Program-made: the position numbers and the translations under genes
Assembly: GCA_047495785.1 (NCBI GenBank)
Contig: JBLDXI010000011.1
Location: 744,001 to 808,000, forward strand
Direction of reading: 5' to 3'
DNA: 64,000 bases
Origin: Lepidodermella squamata
Lineage: Eukaryota > Animalia > Gastrotricha
Shown here: positions 37,761 to 51,420 of the stretch, in pieces
Numbering within the stretch: the stretch's first letter is position 1
Layout of the letters: the number at the start of each line of letters is the position of its first letter
Notes under the pieces: generated by a model
The model's input: the letters and a program-made list of their open reading frames with translations, nothing else
Database searches by the model: none
Told to the model about the DNA's origin: nothing

Positions 37761-40700
37761 TCACGTAAAATCTGGCCTAATTTCGGACAAAACAGGCAAG
37801 GGCTTTTTGAATCCGAGACGGCCAGTTAAAATATGAATGTTAATAACTTCCTCTTCAAGTTTAAGTTGGGCAGCCTCGGAAAATCGACAGCCGCCAAGTT
37901 TTGTCAGTTCCACCTTCGATTGTTCGGATACGTAAATTCTAAGAGGCAAAGCGTGAGATTCCATTAAACACACGACCTCCAGAATATCGCCTGCTAGACT
38001 GTATCTCGGTGCTTTAAATCCAACTATCCCGGCTGATATTGGCCCAGAATGGATAGCACATTTCAGCTGCAAAGCGTTTTTGTCTCGATCTGAGCCAGAG
38101 GCTTCCCGAAGTTCGTGAACAAGAGCCATCATTTCTAGAGCTAAATTCGCGATTTCAGACACATGCCTTGTACCATTCGGCTTTGGAAGTCCGCTGGCAA
38201 AGATCATTCCATAGCCTGAGTAACACAAAAACATGATTTACGAATTCTTGCGATTCTAACTTCATCCCACCATTATGATCTATTTTGCATATATCGCGAG
38301 CTTCGATGATGTGATCGAGTTGTATGAAGAAGTTCTCGATCACATTGACAGCATTCTCAGGCTCTGAATCTTCATCAAGGCCCTCCAAGCCCGATAAACT
38401 TGCACAGAGAACTGTTACAGAATCGAAATGCTGAGGCGCTATGAGTCGCCCAGCGGTCATCTCCATGACCAAGAATCTAGGAACGGTCTCTTTTAGAAGG
38501 TCCTGAGTTGTGATTTTCTCATCAGTGAGCTTCTCAACTTCAACGTGAAGCTGGGCCTCAATATCATCGCCGCGAGATTCGAGCACAATCATCATTTGAT
38601 CGATCAAATTAACGTCTCTGGAAACAGTAGAAACTAGGCAAAGTTGTAATCGAGAGTTGAAACATACTTTCCGCCATTCAGTTCTTTGATGACTTGACAG
38701 ATGATGTGGGCAGTTGGCCGGTTTTCAGCCCTCTCAGCCCAACAATTTCTGAAAAAACTCGATTACCTAAAGTTCGGAGGTTTGAAGGAGCGGAAACTGA
38801 CCTAGCGATTTCGAGATACTCGCTCATGTCATCCTCCAAAGGCTTTTTCACCTCAGGCCTGAAATCCGGAGCTGTGCTTCGCCTCTTTCTAAGCTTCTCG
38901 CAAATCACTTGTGGTGGAAGGAGGGTGTTAGCGAATGGTTTCTCCCTTGTTAGAATTTCAAAGATCAACATGCCAAAGGAATAGATATCGCCAGGTGCGC
39001 TGCCGCGAATTGGTCTAGCTTCTTTGAAAATCCTCAACAACTCAGGAGCTGTGTAGAAGAAATCCTTTTCTTCATCGAACTGAATGTTGATAGCATCCGG
39101 GTTGATGTTGCTGTATTTGATTGCCGGAGCTTGTTGAACGGGCGCATTCTTTTTCGAGGCGCTGATTTCAATTTTAGGAATCGATTTCCGAATTCCGTCC
39201 AAAGTTAGGCTGGAGCCAGTTACATTCTCCGAATTGCGTTTCGCAGCCTCAGCTTTGACAAGTAAGGGTAAAGGGATGTTGCTAATTTTGCAGGTCCATC
39301 TAGCGTCGACTTTAGAAGAGAAGGGAACATCAAATTCAGAGTAAAGGTTATGCTAAAGTTTGGATAACATTTGACAACAAGCAACAAAAACAAGCATACT
39401 GAATCCCGCCGTAACCCTAAACTATGGATGCCGTAGGCTCAGCCCAAGAATCTAGGCTTAATCCTATTCCAAGCAATACTAGTGTAGCTAAAACTAAACC
39501 CAAATAAAACGTAAACATGGTTTAACCCTAGCTGCAATCCTAACCCTAACCCTAACCCTAACCCTAATTGACAGCGCTAAAATCCTAACGCATTTCCCAA
39601 GTAAATTGCTAATGCTTTTGTTTTTCCAATTCTAATGCCAACTCACTGAATATATTTTCCGGCTTCAAGCGACCGTGTGAGCCGATAGCCGACTGATGTA
39701 AAAACTGCAACCCATGCGCAATATCGCTAATGAAGCTGATCGCGAAAACCTTATCCAAATTCAGATCGGTTCGACTCAAAAGTGAGGCTAGAGTTCCCTT
39801 GGAACAGTACTGCTGCACAGAGCAAACTCTCTCCCCAGACAAAGTCACGCCGTGAAAAGCATTGACATTTTGATGATGAACACTTCTTCGCTCCAGCAAC
39901 TGAGCAACAAGTTCTTTGCTTGGTACAACAGTTTTCCGAACCAGCTGCCTCACGTAAACAGGCTCGCCGACGTAGATCCCTTTAACGCCTGTCCTGCCAT
40001 TTGGCCCAACAGGCTTATCCTCCTTAATTTGCGGCAATTCATTGAATTTGAACTTGCCCTTTCCAAGAGGTACGACTATGTCATTTTGAATATGAGAAAC
40101 CGTATTCAACAGATCGAGCTTGATACTTTTCCCGAAATTTGCATCGTCGACAAAACTACTTTGAGAGCTCAGGCGTGTCGCTCGAGTTCGTAATTTATCC
40201 AACGGGTTGATCTCAATGGCTTCCAAGGCCTTGCCGTCAACATTGAAGTCGATGTCATCAAATTCGATGATAACCATTTTCCGCAGACTTTCCTCTTCCA
40301 AAGCTCGATTTCTAGCAATTCGTCTCATGATATACGATATCAATAAGATGACCAATACAAGGAATATGAATCCAGCCACACTTGATGTAATGATCGGCAC
40401 AAGGTCCAACGGCTCTGCTGGACAGTTTGATCCTTCTAGTTTGCAAAAATCTTCGACTGGGATTCGGATCCCACTGCCAATCCAATGCGGCACTGCTTCA
40501 TGAATGATTTCCCCATTCGTGACCGTGTAAACGATTTCGACTTTAGTTTGATTGTGGACCTTTTTGATATTCAAAATTTCGTAAGAAACAAAATCACGAT
40601 CGCAATGCTCCGAGTAGCCGATTGTGTAGTTAGCGTCGGTAACTTGAAATAACGAATTGAAAAATAAATGATCATCAACTTGTCTACTTACAGCTGTATT

Positions 40701-42075
40701 TAGTACCGCAATAGAGATTCGTCACCCTTGGATACTCGCCAGGTATCTGTTGCGAGATCTCGACGGCCCTTGCCACCATCCGCAGTTGCTGATACATCAA
40801 AGCATCGACAGCGACCGCATCTATAGGTCCCACGTTCACAGGCTTGAAAAAACAACACATTAAGGTAATCGAGAGTGATTGTTATTCGAACCTTGTAGTC
40901 AGTGAATTCCAGCCGTTTCTGCCTGAGGACCATCAAGCCATCCGGACCGTATGTGTACAATTGGTCGAAAATACCAGTCAACACGCCCGTGAGGTGAATG
41001 ATCAACAGAAATTTGCCATTAGCCAAAACCTCTTGATTAATCTCATTTATCTGACGCAAAAACTCAGGCAGGTCATGCGTATCGTCCAATATCATGAATG
41101 TAGCCGTTGCTTCCCTTAGCAGTATTTCCTTAGCCTGTTGAGGGCTGCACAGCTTGCCCCGGGCGTAGTAGCGGGTGCAGAAGTAAGATTTGGTGATGAT
41201 AAGATCGCCAAAGTCCATTCGCAACAGGGGTGAGATTTCTTCGATTGCGAGCAGGATTTCCTTGTACATAGCATCAAATGTCGGCCAGTTCGGCGAGAAT
41301 AGGAAATGAAATCTGCGCCATCGGTAGTATCTTGCGAAATAGTAAGCCAGGTGAACTAAACTAACAAGTAAATGTTCTATCAGCGATGAATCTAGAGGCA
41401 CCTACCCAAGCTGTGAGGCTCAAGACCTTCGTATATGAGTTTCGGGCCGATATCCGAAGCCTGAACCGCGTCGCCGTCATTATGGCTGAAACAGCACGAC
41501 GAAAGCGTCGCAGAACTATCCGGCAAAGTCTCTGTGATTTCGTCAAGTTGGACACAACGAGCCGGTGAGCATTCGGCAATATCAATCACTGCGGCGATTT
41601 CAGCGCCTTCATTCTCCGGCGAGGTCAAAGCAGCCTGAATTTGCGCTTCCATGTCCTCGCTGAAGCTTGGCTTGATGAAAATCGGCTTGATAGTTACGTT
41701 CCTTAGATACGCGTAATCTTGCTTGTAAGAATCGCCGTCTATATTCATGAGAGTTCGATCGACCGGGGACATGCTTAAGTAGCTAAGTCTCCGCATTTCA
41801 GGCCGAACAGCGTGATAGAATAGACTTTCGGCCTCTTCATGGGTAAAACGAACAGCTTCGATCAGTTGGTCTGAAACTTGTAATTCTGGGTCGTTCTGGT
41901 GACTTTCTTCGCCAGATTCGTCCAAATCAATATGAACTGCGATAAACACGGTTTTAGCCGGTTCGCGTAGCTTGTTAAGATCATCAGGCAGCGTCAAGTT
42001 AGGATGGTGACTGTGAATTCCTTGCTCACAGATCGATCCCGCAAACGTGACGCTTAGTAAAAAGAGAACTTTCAT
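37761..42075 (-). CDS. Receptor guanylyl cyclase-like protein B, degenerate cyclase domain (exons 42075..41406, 41355..40892, 40842..40692, 40642..39647, 39309..38802, 38748..38668, 38617..38271, 38215..37761)
   Basis: Same architecture as A and C. Cyclase motifs are CASLSGLE (for FSDIVGFT), KIDHNGYGM and RYSLAGDILEVVCLMES. All junctions GT-AG and in phase. Confidence 0.85.
39410..39570. repeat. Interstitial telomere-like (CCCTAA)n tract in intron of rGC-B
   Basis: CCTAA followed by four perfect CCCTAA at 39539-39567, plus degenerate units upstream. Confidence 0.75.
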
Positions 42076-42429
42076 GCTTTTGATGCTTTTGATAAAAAAC
42101 AAGGTGCAATGACGGATGGAATGTTGATTACTCGTGCGATTTTTCAAGTGATTGGATCAATAAGTAGATACTGAAAGGCCAATTGAGTCGGCTGATGATA
42201 TCGAAATAAAAATATCGAATAATTAGCAGAAGATACTCCATTTCAATTGATGTTTGACGCTGCATGCCTGCTCATCGAACTGGAACTTCAAGAGGAGGAA
42301 CGAGATAATTGATCAAATTTTCTCCTTTATGGCGAATAATCGATTGATTTTATTCTTTATTCTTATATGACGAAAATTGATAATTTTTTGCACAAATATA
42401 TGCGGAAAATTGATGGACACTCCTGGCAA

Positions 42430-43040
42430 TTTCAGAATGGCTTCCCTATTAATACTGAACAATTTCTGAACCTGATTGCTTTCGCGGAAGATGGAACTTT
42501 AATAGGCATGAGTCATGAAGAAATTAAATTATTACTGGATGCTTTCAATAAAGCGTGTGCGGAACTAGCTTTGAAAATCAGCATTAGTAAAACCCAATAA
42601 ATGGTGATCGGTGATGATAGCAGCTATCAACTTGAATTAGACGGCAAACTATTGGAAAAAGTCACATCTTTCAAATATTTAGGAAGCATCATTACTTCCG
42701 ATGGGAAAATGGACGAGGAGATCAAGGCACGCATAGCGAAAGCTGGCGGCTGCTTTGGTGCCCTCAATAAACTTATGTGCAATAGGAAACACGTCAGCTT
42801 AGCTACGAAATTGAAAATTCTTAAATGCGTTGTTATTCCTACCGTCACCTATGCTTGCGAAACCTGGAACCTGGCCACCCAACAATAGCAAAGGCTAAAT
42901 GTTATTTTTATGCGCTGGCTCAGAACAATTGCGGGTATGTTTAGAACGGACTATGTTCCTAATGTAGATATTAGACTAATCTGCGACGTAATGGAATTGA
43001 GTAAATTGATTGAAATATTTCGTCTGAAATATCGTCATTT
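42430..43040 (+). mobile_element. Truncated non-LTR retrotransposon (RTE-like LINE) reverse-transcriptase 3' fragment, inactivated
   Basis: LIAFAEDG (degenerate FADD), LKISISKTQ, LEKVTSFKYLGSII, EIKARIAKA..FGAL, TKLKILKCVVIPTVTYACETW; in-frame stops at 42598 and 42886. Confidence 0.85.
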
Positions 43041-46000
43041 TGGCACGGCCGAAAAATCGCCTCATAATTGGCGGATGCGACTTAAGGCATTTAAATATTT
43101 TTTTCGGCCGATACCATCGTGCTGACCTGAGCTTTCTGAATATGTATTTAGACTAGAAATAAGATGAGTCTAACAAGGTGCAAACCGTCAGAGTTTACCT
43201 GCGACCGGACATTTTCTAGTGCGTTATGGCGTGTGGCTGAAAAATGGTGATTTAATTTGTGGGAGCGACCATTTTTTGCTCATTTTTTGCCTTGATCGTA
43301 AATTATCGATTTTCGAGTTTGCGTTAACAGCATTTGAGTGGAGTCTCCATAACGTTATTCCTCTCAAGCCGCAACATGTTGACATCGAACGCTTCAAAAA
43401 GAGTGTGAATGTCCTAGGCTGCACCTCATCACCGTGATAAACACAGCCGAAATTCTTGCGTAAATAAAAAATGCATAGATTTCAGAAGGGCTGTGCAAGC
43501 TTTGCAAGAAGATTGAAGCAACTCCCGTTAGTGAATAGCATGACAAGTTATATTGTTTTAGTTCACTCTATTTAGAGAAACGGCTTCGACAAGAGCCGCT
43601 CTCTGAAAACCTAATGATAAAACAATAGAGCAATTGCTTCGCTTTTGATGTTTGAAAAGTTCATTGTTTCCTTGTTTTTATTTTCAATATCATCCTAACC
43701 CTCTTGATTGAAGCAGACTGAGTAGTCAGAAATTGCGAAAATCACACCAATGTTTCTGGTTACTGTACAATAGCCCTAAGCCCAAAATCACAGTGCTACG
43801 CCATGTCAGCCGGCCACTACTTGTTTTTACGGAATTCGTCAGTTCCGTCAATTCAGGATGACGTTTTGCCTCCGTTTTGTTTACTCCAACATTTTTGCGT
43901 TTTGCTGCTTAAAAAGGCTCCGACTGTTCCGCTCTATTAAAGCTTGAGCTTTCATCGAAAGAACAATAGAATAATGAATTTAAAATGTCATCATTAAAAC
44001 ATACAAAGAACCCCAGATAGTAAAACTATAACGTCAACATTGCATTTTTATTTATCAAAGCAATTATTATTTTTGATAAAAATGTGCATTGTTTTGCTGT
44101 GATCGTCAACACCGCTAAAAATATTTGTGCATGTTTAGCCTGCTTTATGCTCTTCCCGTTCCATATTGCTTCACCAATGTAAAAGCTATGCATATGACCC
44201 GTAAAAGCTCAAACGTGTTTCTGTCCATCACTGGAAAATAAGTGCAAACTGTACTGGTTGGTTGAGAGCTGGTTGTGACATGAAAACATGTGGATGATGT
44301 CTGCTCCTATTCATGTCTCGAAGAAAATTGTTCACTCTGAACGAGATAATTCAAGCTTCAGTCCAGTCACAGCTACAACGGCAGATGGATGTGCGATATA
44401 GCATCCACATCAACTTTTACATCTCTCGACAGTAATGGACTTTTCGTTTTCTTCCCATTTTGAGTCCATTTTGCAATAAAAATGTGAGACTTTGGAAAAA
44501 ACAATACGAGACAAGAGACCGATATGCGGGGTTCGGTGGAAAATAAGATTCAAAAACCAGAGCTTTCAGCTCCGTTTCCACTGCTAACAGAAAACGAATA
44601 CTGTTTTTCGAAAACGGTGTTCTACATAAACAGGCAATACATGTGCGATAGAAATTGGAGAAGTACTCTATACGTTCAATTTTTCCCGGCAATCTTTAAT
44701 CGCCCTGAAATGAGCATTTTTTATTTTCGCGAAATTTAGGATTCGATTGTCCACATTCAACATACAGCCCTCACTTTTCACCGAGTTGGAAAATATCTAA
44801 ATATTAAGCGGGATCGGATTTTCTGGTTTTTCATTTAGCTGGCACATGTACGATATACCTTTTGTTTTGCAGCGGCATTAATGCGTCTCCCGCGTTTATT
44901 TTTGAATCGACCAATGGCGTGCGAGCAAATAATTGTTATGGAAAACTAGCCTTTCACGGCTTTTTAGTGACCGGAGGAAACCAAGCGGATCCGTAAATTA
45001 GCACATTTAGCACAGATCCATGAAATGTGTTCGGCAAACGACAGCCACTGTGCTGGGACACTGTCATATTGGTAAGAGTACGAAGACGTTCTTATGTGAA
45101 AACTTCAACAACTTCAAGCACATTGGCGTTCGTCCTCTGTTAACTGACAAAAAATACGAACTCATTATCGCACAAATGGGATTGTGTACAGATGATGTCT
45201 AAGACGTGTTCATTCTTGAGCAAAAAAATTGTCCGGCAAATGTTTAGATCGTTCGAGATAGTGTATTTCGTACAGGATGCTCTATGATCTATTATTTGGC
45301 TTGCAGACAAAAACAACTGAACAACGAAATAATGACAAAAAGACATGCCCAGTCGGAATTGAATGACACTGTTCTCAAGACAGGCATCTAGCTCCGACTT
45401 CAGGTGTTGAAGATCTACACAGCCACATCGCCTCATCGGTTAGTCTTGAAACGCTGCAACCGTGGCTGACATGAAACATGTTTTCAGACTTGCCGGTTCA
45501 AAAATGATGCCAGACAGAACTATGTTCGTGGACGAAGCCAAAAAAAGAACGCAACATACCAGTTGCGCAAGCAAATTTACAAACGGTTAGGCTTCAGGAC
45601 AATGCAATTTTATAAACAACAAAACATGTTGACGGGAACATTCAAAATTAAGGACTCATTATTATTTTTAATTACAACAAATTTTCAATGCAACAATTTC
45701 ACTTAATAACAGAGCGCACTTTCAGTAATTGGAGCAAGCGTAGTATTGCCACTGAAGCAACATTAAGTTAATCATTTGACTGTGGCGCATATAATAAATG
45801 AAAAGTAATTAAAAATACTGTCTCATTGTTCTATTTCCTTTTGTTGCGAACACCGTTTGTTGCTTAGAAGATTTTCACAATTGAGAGTGTTGCATCAAAG
45901 GAAAGCATTCGACGCGACCCTTTTAATTTGTTTCTGCGATTGCATTCTCGAAGATGTGGCAATAGCGTTGTGGATTCCATGAAGTTACCGTTTCGGTAAA

Positions 46001-46171
46001 AGTCTCCATTTGACGGTGTGTATTTTAAGCGGCGATAGTTTTACCGTAGATGTAATTGCGGCAGTTGCTATTTAACGCAAGCTTTTGTCTTCTTACACAC
46101 TCAGCGAGCGCAATAAACATTCTGCGCCGTGGAGGGATCACTTTGCTTCATCGGATCGATCTAGAATTTTA

Positions 46172-46922
46172 GCACATTTTCTGGCCCGCCGGTGTTTCCT
46201 CCGCGCGCGCGCTCCTATTAGTTGGGGCTTATTGCGCAACATTTCAAGATAATTATAGCCTACCCCCGCTCCCATGCACTCGAGCGCGCCATGAGCGCCC
46301 GTCCGCCAAGTCTAAGACAGTTTGCTAAGTTGAAGACAAGCATGCTGCATGCTCTCCAACAAAAATATAAGCCCACCCTTGAAAAGGATGTTTGGTATTG
46401 TTAATACGACAACAAAATTGACTGCATCGTGGCATACACGACTTTATTTGATGGATCTGTTCGTATCCAAAAACACCGGCCATAAGAATTCAAAAAGGTG
46501 ATTTCAGAGAAAGGATGCGATGGATTTTTTTCGAAGAACACGCTTTTTATGAAAAATTATAAAATTAAAAAAAAAATAAACTGGAAATAGCCATTTTAGG
46601 CGCGCTATTTTAGGCTATTTTAGGGTGATGTTGAACACTTCAGGGAAAAATTCTGTTCAAAGTTAAAATCAACTTGAAATACCAATGAAAAAAGCGAAAA
46701 TACGAAAATTTCGCCTTTTATTCCACCCACCACGCATATCCAACCACTAGCGCGCCGTTATTCTCCTGAATTTTCGACTTGTACATTTTCCTGCGAGCGC
46801 GCGAGGGAGGGCTGCAATTATTTGTTGCGCAATAAATGCGAGCGAGGCGTATTTACGCGTAAAACGAGCCAACCAATAGGAGCGCGCGCACGGAGGAAAC
46901 ACCGGCGGGCCGGAAAATGTGC
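46172..46922. mobile_element. Non-autonomous Mutator-like (MULE) element, 751 bp
   Basis: ~54-bp TIRs GCACATTTTC(T/C)GGCCCGCCGGTGTTTCCTCCG.GCGCGCGCTCCTATT. Exact 9-bp target duplication AGAATTTTA at 46163-46171 and 46923-46931. Confidence 0.85.
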
Positions 46923-47068
46923 AGAATTTTAAGAGGCGAACGAGAAAATTGATCAAATGATCAATTGCTTGTTTTCTCAAGAGGTCAAGACTCAAAACAA
47001 GGAACTTGAAACCCATTTGAATCAAAATTGCTTTTTTATTCTTATCAAAAAAATTTAGAAACTATAAA

Positions 47069-50000
47069 CTATTTAAAGTCATGCTCTGACAGGGGCGCCG
47101 CCAGTGAAAGATCCGGAAGGGGTTTATCAAATCCTATCTTGCCCTTGAGAAAATACGTCAAAATGCAGCCTTTGCCCTTCATCGTCACGTTGCCACGTTC
47201 TTCGAGTTGAAAACCGCCAATTTGATCGAGAAGGGCTTTACATTCAGGGCTGACGTGAATGCGCAGGGCTAGGCCGCTGCTCTCCATTCTAGACGCGTAA
47301 TTCACCGAATCTCCGAATAAGCAGTACCTAGGCATCTTAAGGCCAACCACCCCAGCCACGACAGGCCCGGAATGAATCCCGCATCTTAGTTGCAAAGTTC
47401 GACCGGGCCGATGGGAGATTCGAAAATTCGTCACGCAACTCAAGATATCAAGAGCCATCGACGCTATTTCAGCCGCGTGTTGAATGCCATTTCTGCAGGG
47501 TAACCCGCTCGCAACCATATAAGCATCGCCAATAGTTTCTACCTTGTAGACATCATACGAGTCGATAATATGGTCGAATTGGCTGTACAGATCATTTAGC
47601 AGCTCGACAATCTCCATTGGGCTGGACTCTGAGGCGAGTGATGTGAAGCCGACTATGTCTGAGAAGTAGATCGTCACAGATTCGTAGGTTTCAGGGTGAA
47701 CCACTCGGCCGGCCTTCAACTCGTCTACAACGTATTTCGGCAGCATTTTTGATAGAAGCTCTTCAGATCGCTTCTGTTCCTCGCTCAGCTGCTTCGTCCG
47801 CTCGTTCACGGTTTCTTCGAGGTTTTCGGCGTAGGTCTCGAGCATGCTGATCATTTGATCGACCAAGTTATTCTCTCTAAATTAGATTTCCAGGGTTTCG
47901 GTTCCGTAAAATGATGCAATAACAAAATCTTACCTTCCATTGTTTTTATGTTGCAAATCGCGGAGAATCATGTGAAACGGTGGTCTGGCTACTGGGATCT
48001 CGTTCCAACACGACCTAGGATGGAAACAGGAATAATTCAGAATAAATGGTTAGATACTTATTATCAAAACCTTTATTCTAATAATTGATCAACTTATTTA
48101 TCCCGAACCTTAGTATTGACCTTACAATTAGCTCATACCACACCCCTATCATTTTTCGAACTTCCGCCCCAGTAATTTTACTTTACTAAATCCATCCGCG
48201 TGATTCAGGTCGAAAGCATAAAAAACGGATGTCGAAGAGCTATTCTTGCCGCCGATCATTTGATACTTTAAAAGCACTCACTTGGCAATATTGATCAGGT
48301 CTTGCATCTCCTCGTTGTATTCTTCCGGAATGACGGGTCTTGTGGGTACTTCGCCTGCAGTTCGCAAGTGCTCGACGAGTTCTGTGGAAACATGGAAATT
48401 TCAAGATAAACACGAATCTGTACCAAAACGCCTAAAATAGCTCTTTCTCGATGTTATCATTAGATTTCCTGAGAGTAAAACAAAAACGTATAATCAAACC
48501 TTGGTCGGAAAACGGTGTAGACGCGTAAGGCGGTTGGCGTGTGATAATCTCTGAGATGATAATACCAAACGAATAAATGTCACCAGGTTGTGTTCCGCGT
48601 GGATTTCGCTTCAGTTTAGGCGTTCGTAAAATTTCAGGCGCCATCCATTGAAAAGCTGGCTCAATCTCATTCGGCATAACAGCCACTTGATTAAAGCCTG
48701 TTGTACTGAACACTGATCGATACGTCCCATCGTTCATTAGAGTGGTGCTTTTATGATTAGAGGTATCGAATGTCTCGTCAATCGACCCAATTTTCCGTAG
48801 AAAATAGCCGCCAACGCGAAGAAAAGCTCGTTGAAGAATCGAGATATTTCTCGTTTTTCCTGCAATGGATTTCACGAGAGTTTCAGCTGTTTTGGTGGCT
48901 ATTTTAGCTCCCATCTTCGATTTAGGCCGTTCCGCTAAACTCGCAACCGGAATGTTAGCGATTTTACAAAACCACCTAGCGTCTATCAAAATGTTTTCCG
49001 AGGTTAGCTGGCCATGCGATCTAACAGGGGTTTGATGCAAATACGCCATGCCGCAAGCGATATCGTTGACAAATGACATTTTAAACAGCTTGTTGAGTTT
49101 GACTTTTTTCTGGCTCAGTAAGTTTGCCAAAGTCCCTTTCGTACAGAAAGCATGGACTGAGCAGATTCTTGAGGGGTCAATGGTTAAGCCAAGGAATTGG
49201 TTGACATTGTTATGGTTTAGATCTCGAAGTTGGATCAACTCTTTTACCAGCTTTTGATCGATTCGATGCGTCTTTGAGCAAGTTAGGCGTACAAATACAG
49301 TATCGCCCCGTAACGTCGCTTTTACAAAAGACTTTCCGGTCAAACTGAAGTCCTCAGTAGATTTGCCCCTCTTGAGAGTTGGGATCAGACTTACTAGGGA
49401 ATCGCCTACAGCAGTATGGCCGGATATCTTCTTTGTAACGCCCTCCTGAAAGACGAGATCTGAAAATTTAATAAGGACCAAGGATCTTATAATTTCCTCT
49501 TCCCTCCGCCTCATTTTCTCTCTTCTGATGCTGAGAAAGATGAATGTTGCGATTCCGCCTGAGACTAACAGGAATCCTATTACAGCTGGCGGTACGATTG
49601 GCCGAAGGTCGATTGGTGGTGGAGGGCAGCCAGCTCCGTCCAATATGCAGAAATCTTCAACGGGTGCAATTGTTCCTGATCCTAGCCAGTGGGGTTTTGT
49701 GTGGCTGTAAGAGATCAACTGGCCGTCCCATATGTAGAAAACACGCTCGATGGCGGCAATTTTGGAGGAAGTGTTGCGTTTGACGTTGAGCACTTCGGCT
49801 ACAGCAAAATCTCGATCGCAATGCGGCGCATAACCAACCCAGTCTTTAGTGTCATCAACTGGAAAAAGACGGAAATTAATTTTCGAGCATAAACATTCAC
49901 AAAAATTCAACCGTAACAAAATGAAAGCTAGAGGGAACTACAAACGTGAAAGAAGGAAATCATTGTACCATTTTTGAGGATCAATTTCTGAAATGAATTG

Positions 50001-51180
50001 AGAAATGCTTACAGGTGAACGCTGTGCCGCAAAACATGTCCGATGGTCGTGTGTAATTTTCCGGGTAAAGCTCAAAAATTTCGACTGCCTTCGCCAACAG
50101 TCGCAACTCCGCATACATCAACGCGTCGACCCCCACAGCTTCAACGCCCATCGTCATATGGGGAACAAAATCCGGAAACCGCATCCGTTTCTGGCTCAAC
50201 AGCATCATCCCATCCGGCGCTTCTAACATCAGCCGTTCAACAATAGGAGACATAACTCCGGTTAAATGGATCAGAAATATCGCCTTCCCATTCAACAGGC
50301 GGCTGTCATCTTTACTGATTTCGTTGATTTGGCGAATGAACACTGGCATATCGTGCTCGGTCTCAAGTAACAGGAAAATCGCCGTGGCTTGTCGTAGAAC
50401 CAACTCCTTAGCATGATTCGCACTGCATACATTACCCTTAGCTAGATAAGTCGTGCAAAAGTACGATTTCGAGATTATCAACTTCTTCCCACCATCCTCG
50501 ACTAGATTTTCAGAGACCTCCTCGAATATTTCGCTCAAATCTTGATAGAACGTATCGAAAGTTGGCCAATTTGGGGAGAAAACGAAATGAAACCGCCGCC
50601 AGTTGTAAGTTCTGGCAAGATATGCTGTTAAATGGACTAGGCTATGGGGTTCCAAGGATTCGTAGACCAAGCTCGGTCCAGCTTGGGAAGCAGCGATTTC
50701 TTCCTCTGAATGGCTGTCGAAGCAACAAGTCGATAATATCGCTACATTTTTCTCTAACATCCCGCTCAAATCTAAAAGTTGCTCGCATCGTTTCGGCGAA
50801 CAGGTTGCTACATCAAGAAGAGCAGCCACCCGCCCCTCTGCTTTTTTCAGTTGTTCCATCATAACAAGGCTATGCTCCGCCGTGAAAAATAGCGGTTTTA
50901 TGTCGACTTGAGAATAATTTAGTGTTAGATTTAGCGAATCTTTATGAGTGAAAACGCTGTGTTGATCCTTGTAGACTGCAATACGGGTTTTTCGTCTATT
51001 CTGAGCTGAAACTGCTGAGTTGAAGGTTTCAATGGCTTTCTCTAGGTTCCAGCTGGATTTGTTGCTTCCAACAGGCCATTCGTCGGTTATAACGGCGATG
51101 TAAGCAGTCTTGATCTGAATGATTAAACTGGATTCAGCAGATGCGAATCCAATCGTGGAGAGGAGAAGTAGGAAGAGCAT
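47069..51180 (-). CDS. Receptor guanylyl cyclase C, catalytically intact, NPR1/speract-receptor-like (exons 51180..50013, 49858..48500, 48381..48282, 48014..47934, 47876..47069)
   Basis: Signal peptide, ECD, TM, kinase-homology domain; canonical [64 protein letters not shown]. Confidence 0.93.
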
Positions 51181-51420
51181 GAGATATTCTCTATTTATTG
51201 TCTAGTAAAAAAGGTGTTGAAGTTAAACTGATGAATTTCACAGAAATGTACTCATTACAAGTTCTGAACTTAAAATGGACGAAATTGCTTTCAAGTTGAT
51301 TGATAAAAATCGAAAAAACAACAAACAATAAACTTAAAAACTACAGAATCGATCGATATTTTTAAAAAGTGTTTAGGTTTTCCGTCTCGAGCGCTGTTCT
51401 TCAGTTCAGCCGACAAAGTA

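Noticed and set aside
40700-40845. Apparent frameshift or stop in rGC-B suggested by the ORF track
   Set aside because: Resolved by a 49-nt intron (40843-40891); the frame continues PVNVGPIDAVAVDALMYQQLR.
43200-46100. Short ORFs between rGC-B and rGC-C
   Set aside because: No motifs; probably decayed repeat DNA that cannot be classified by eye.
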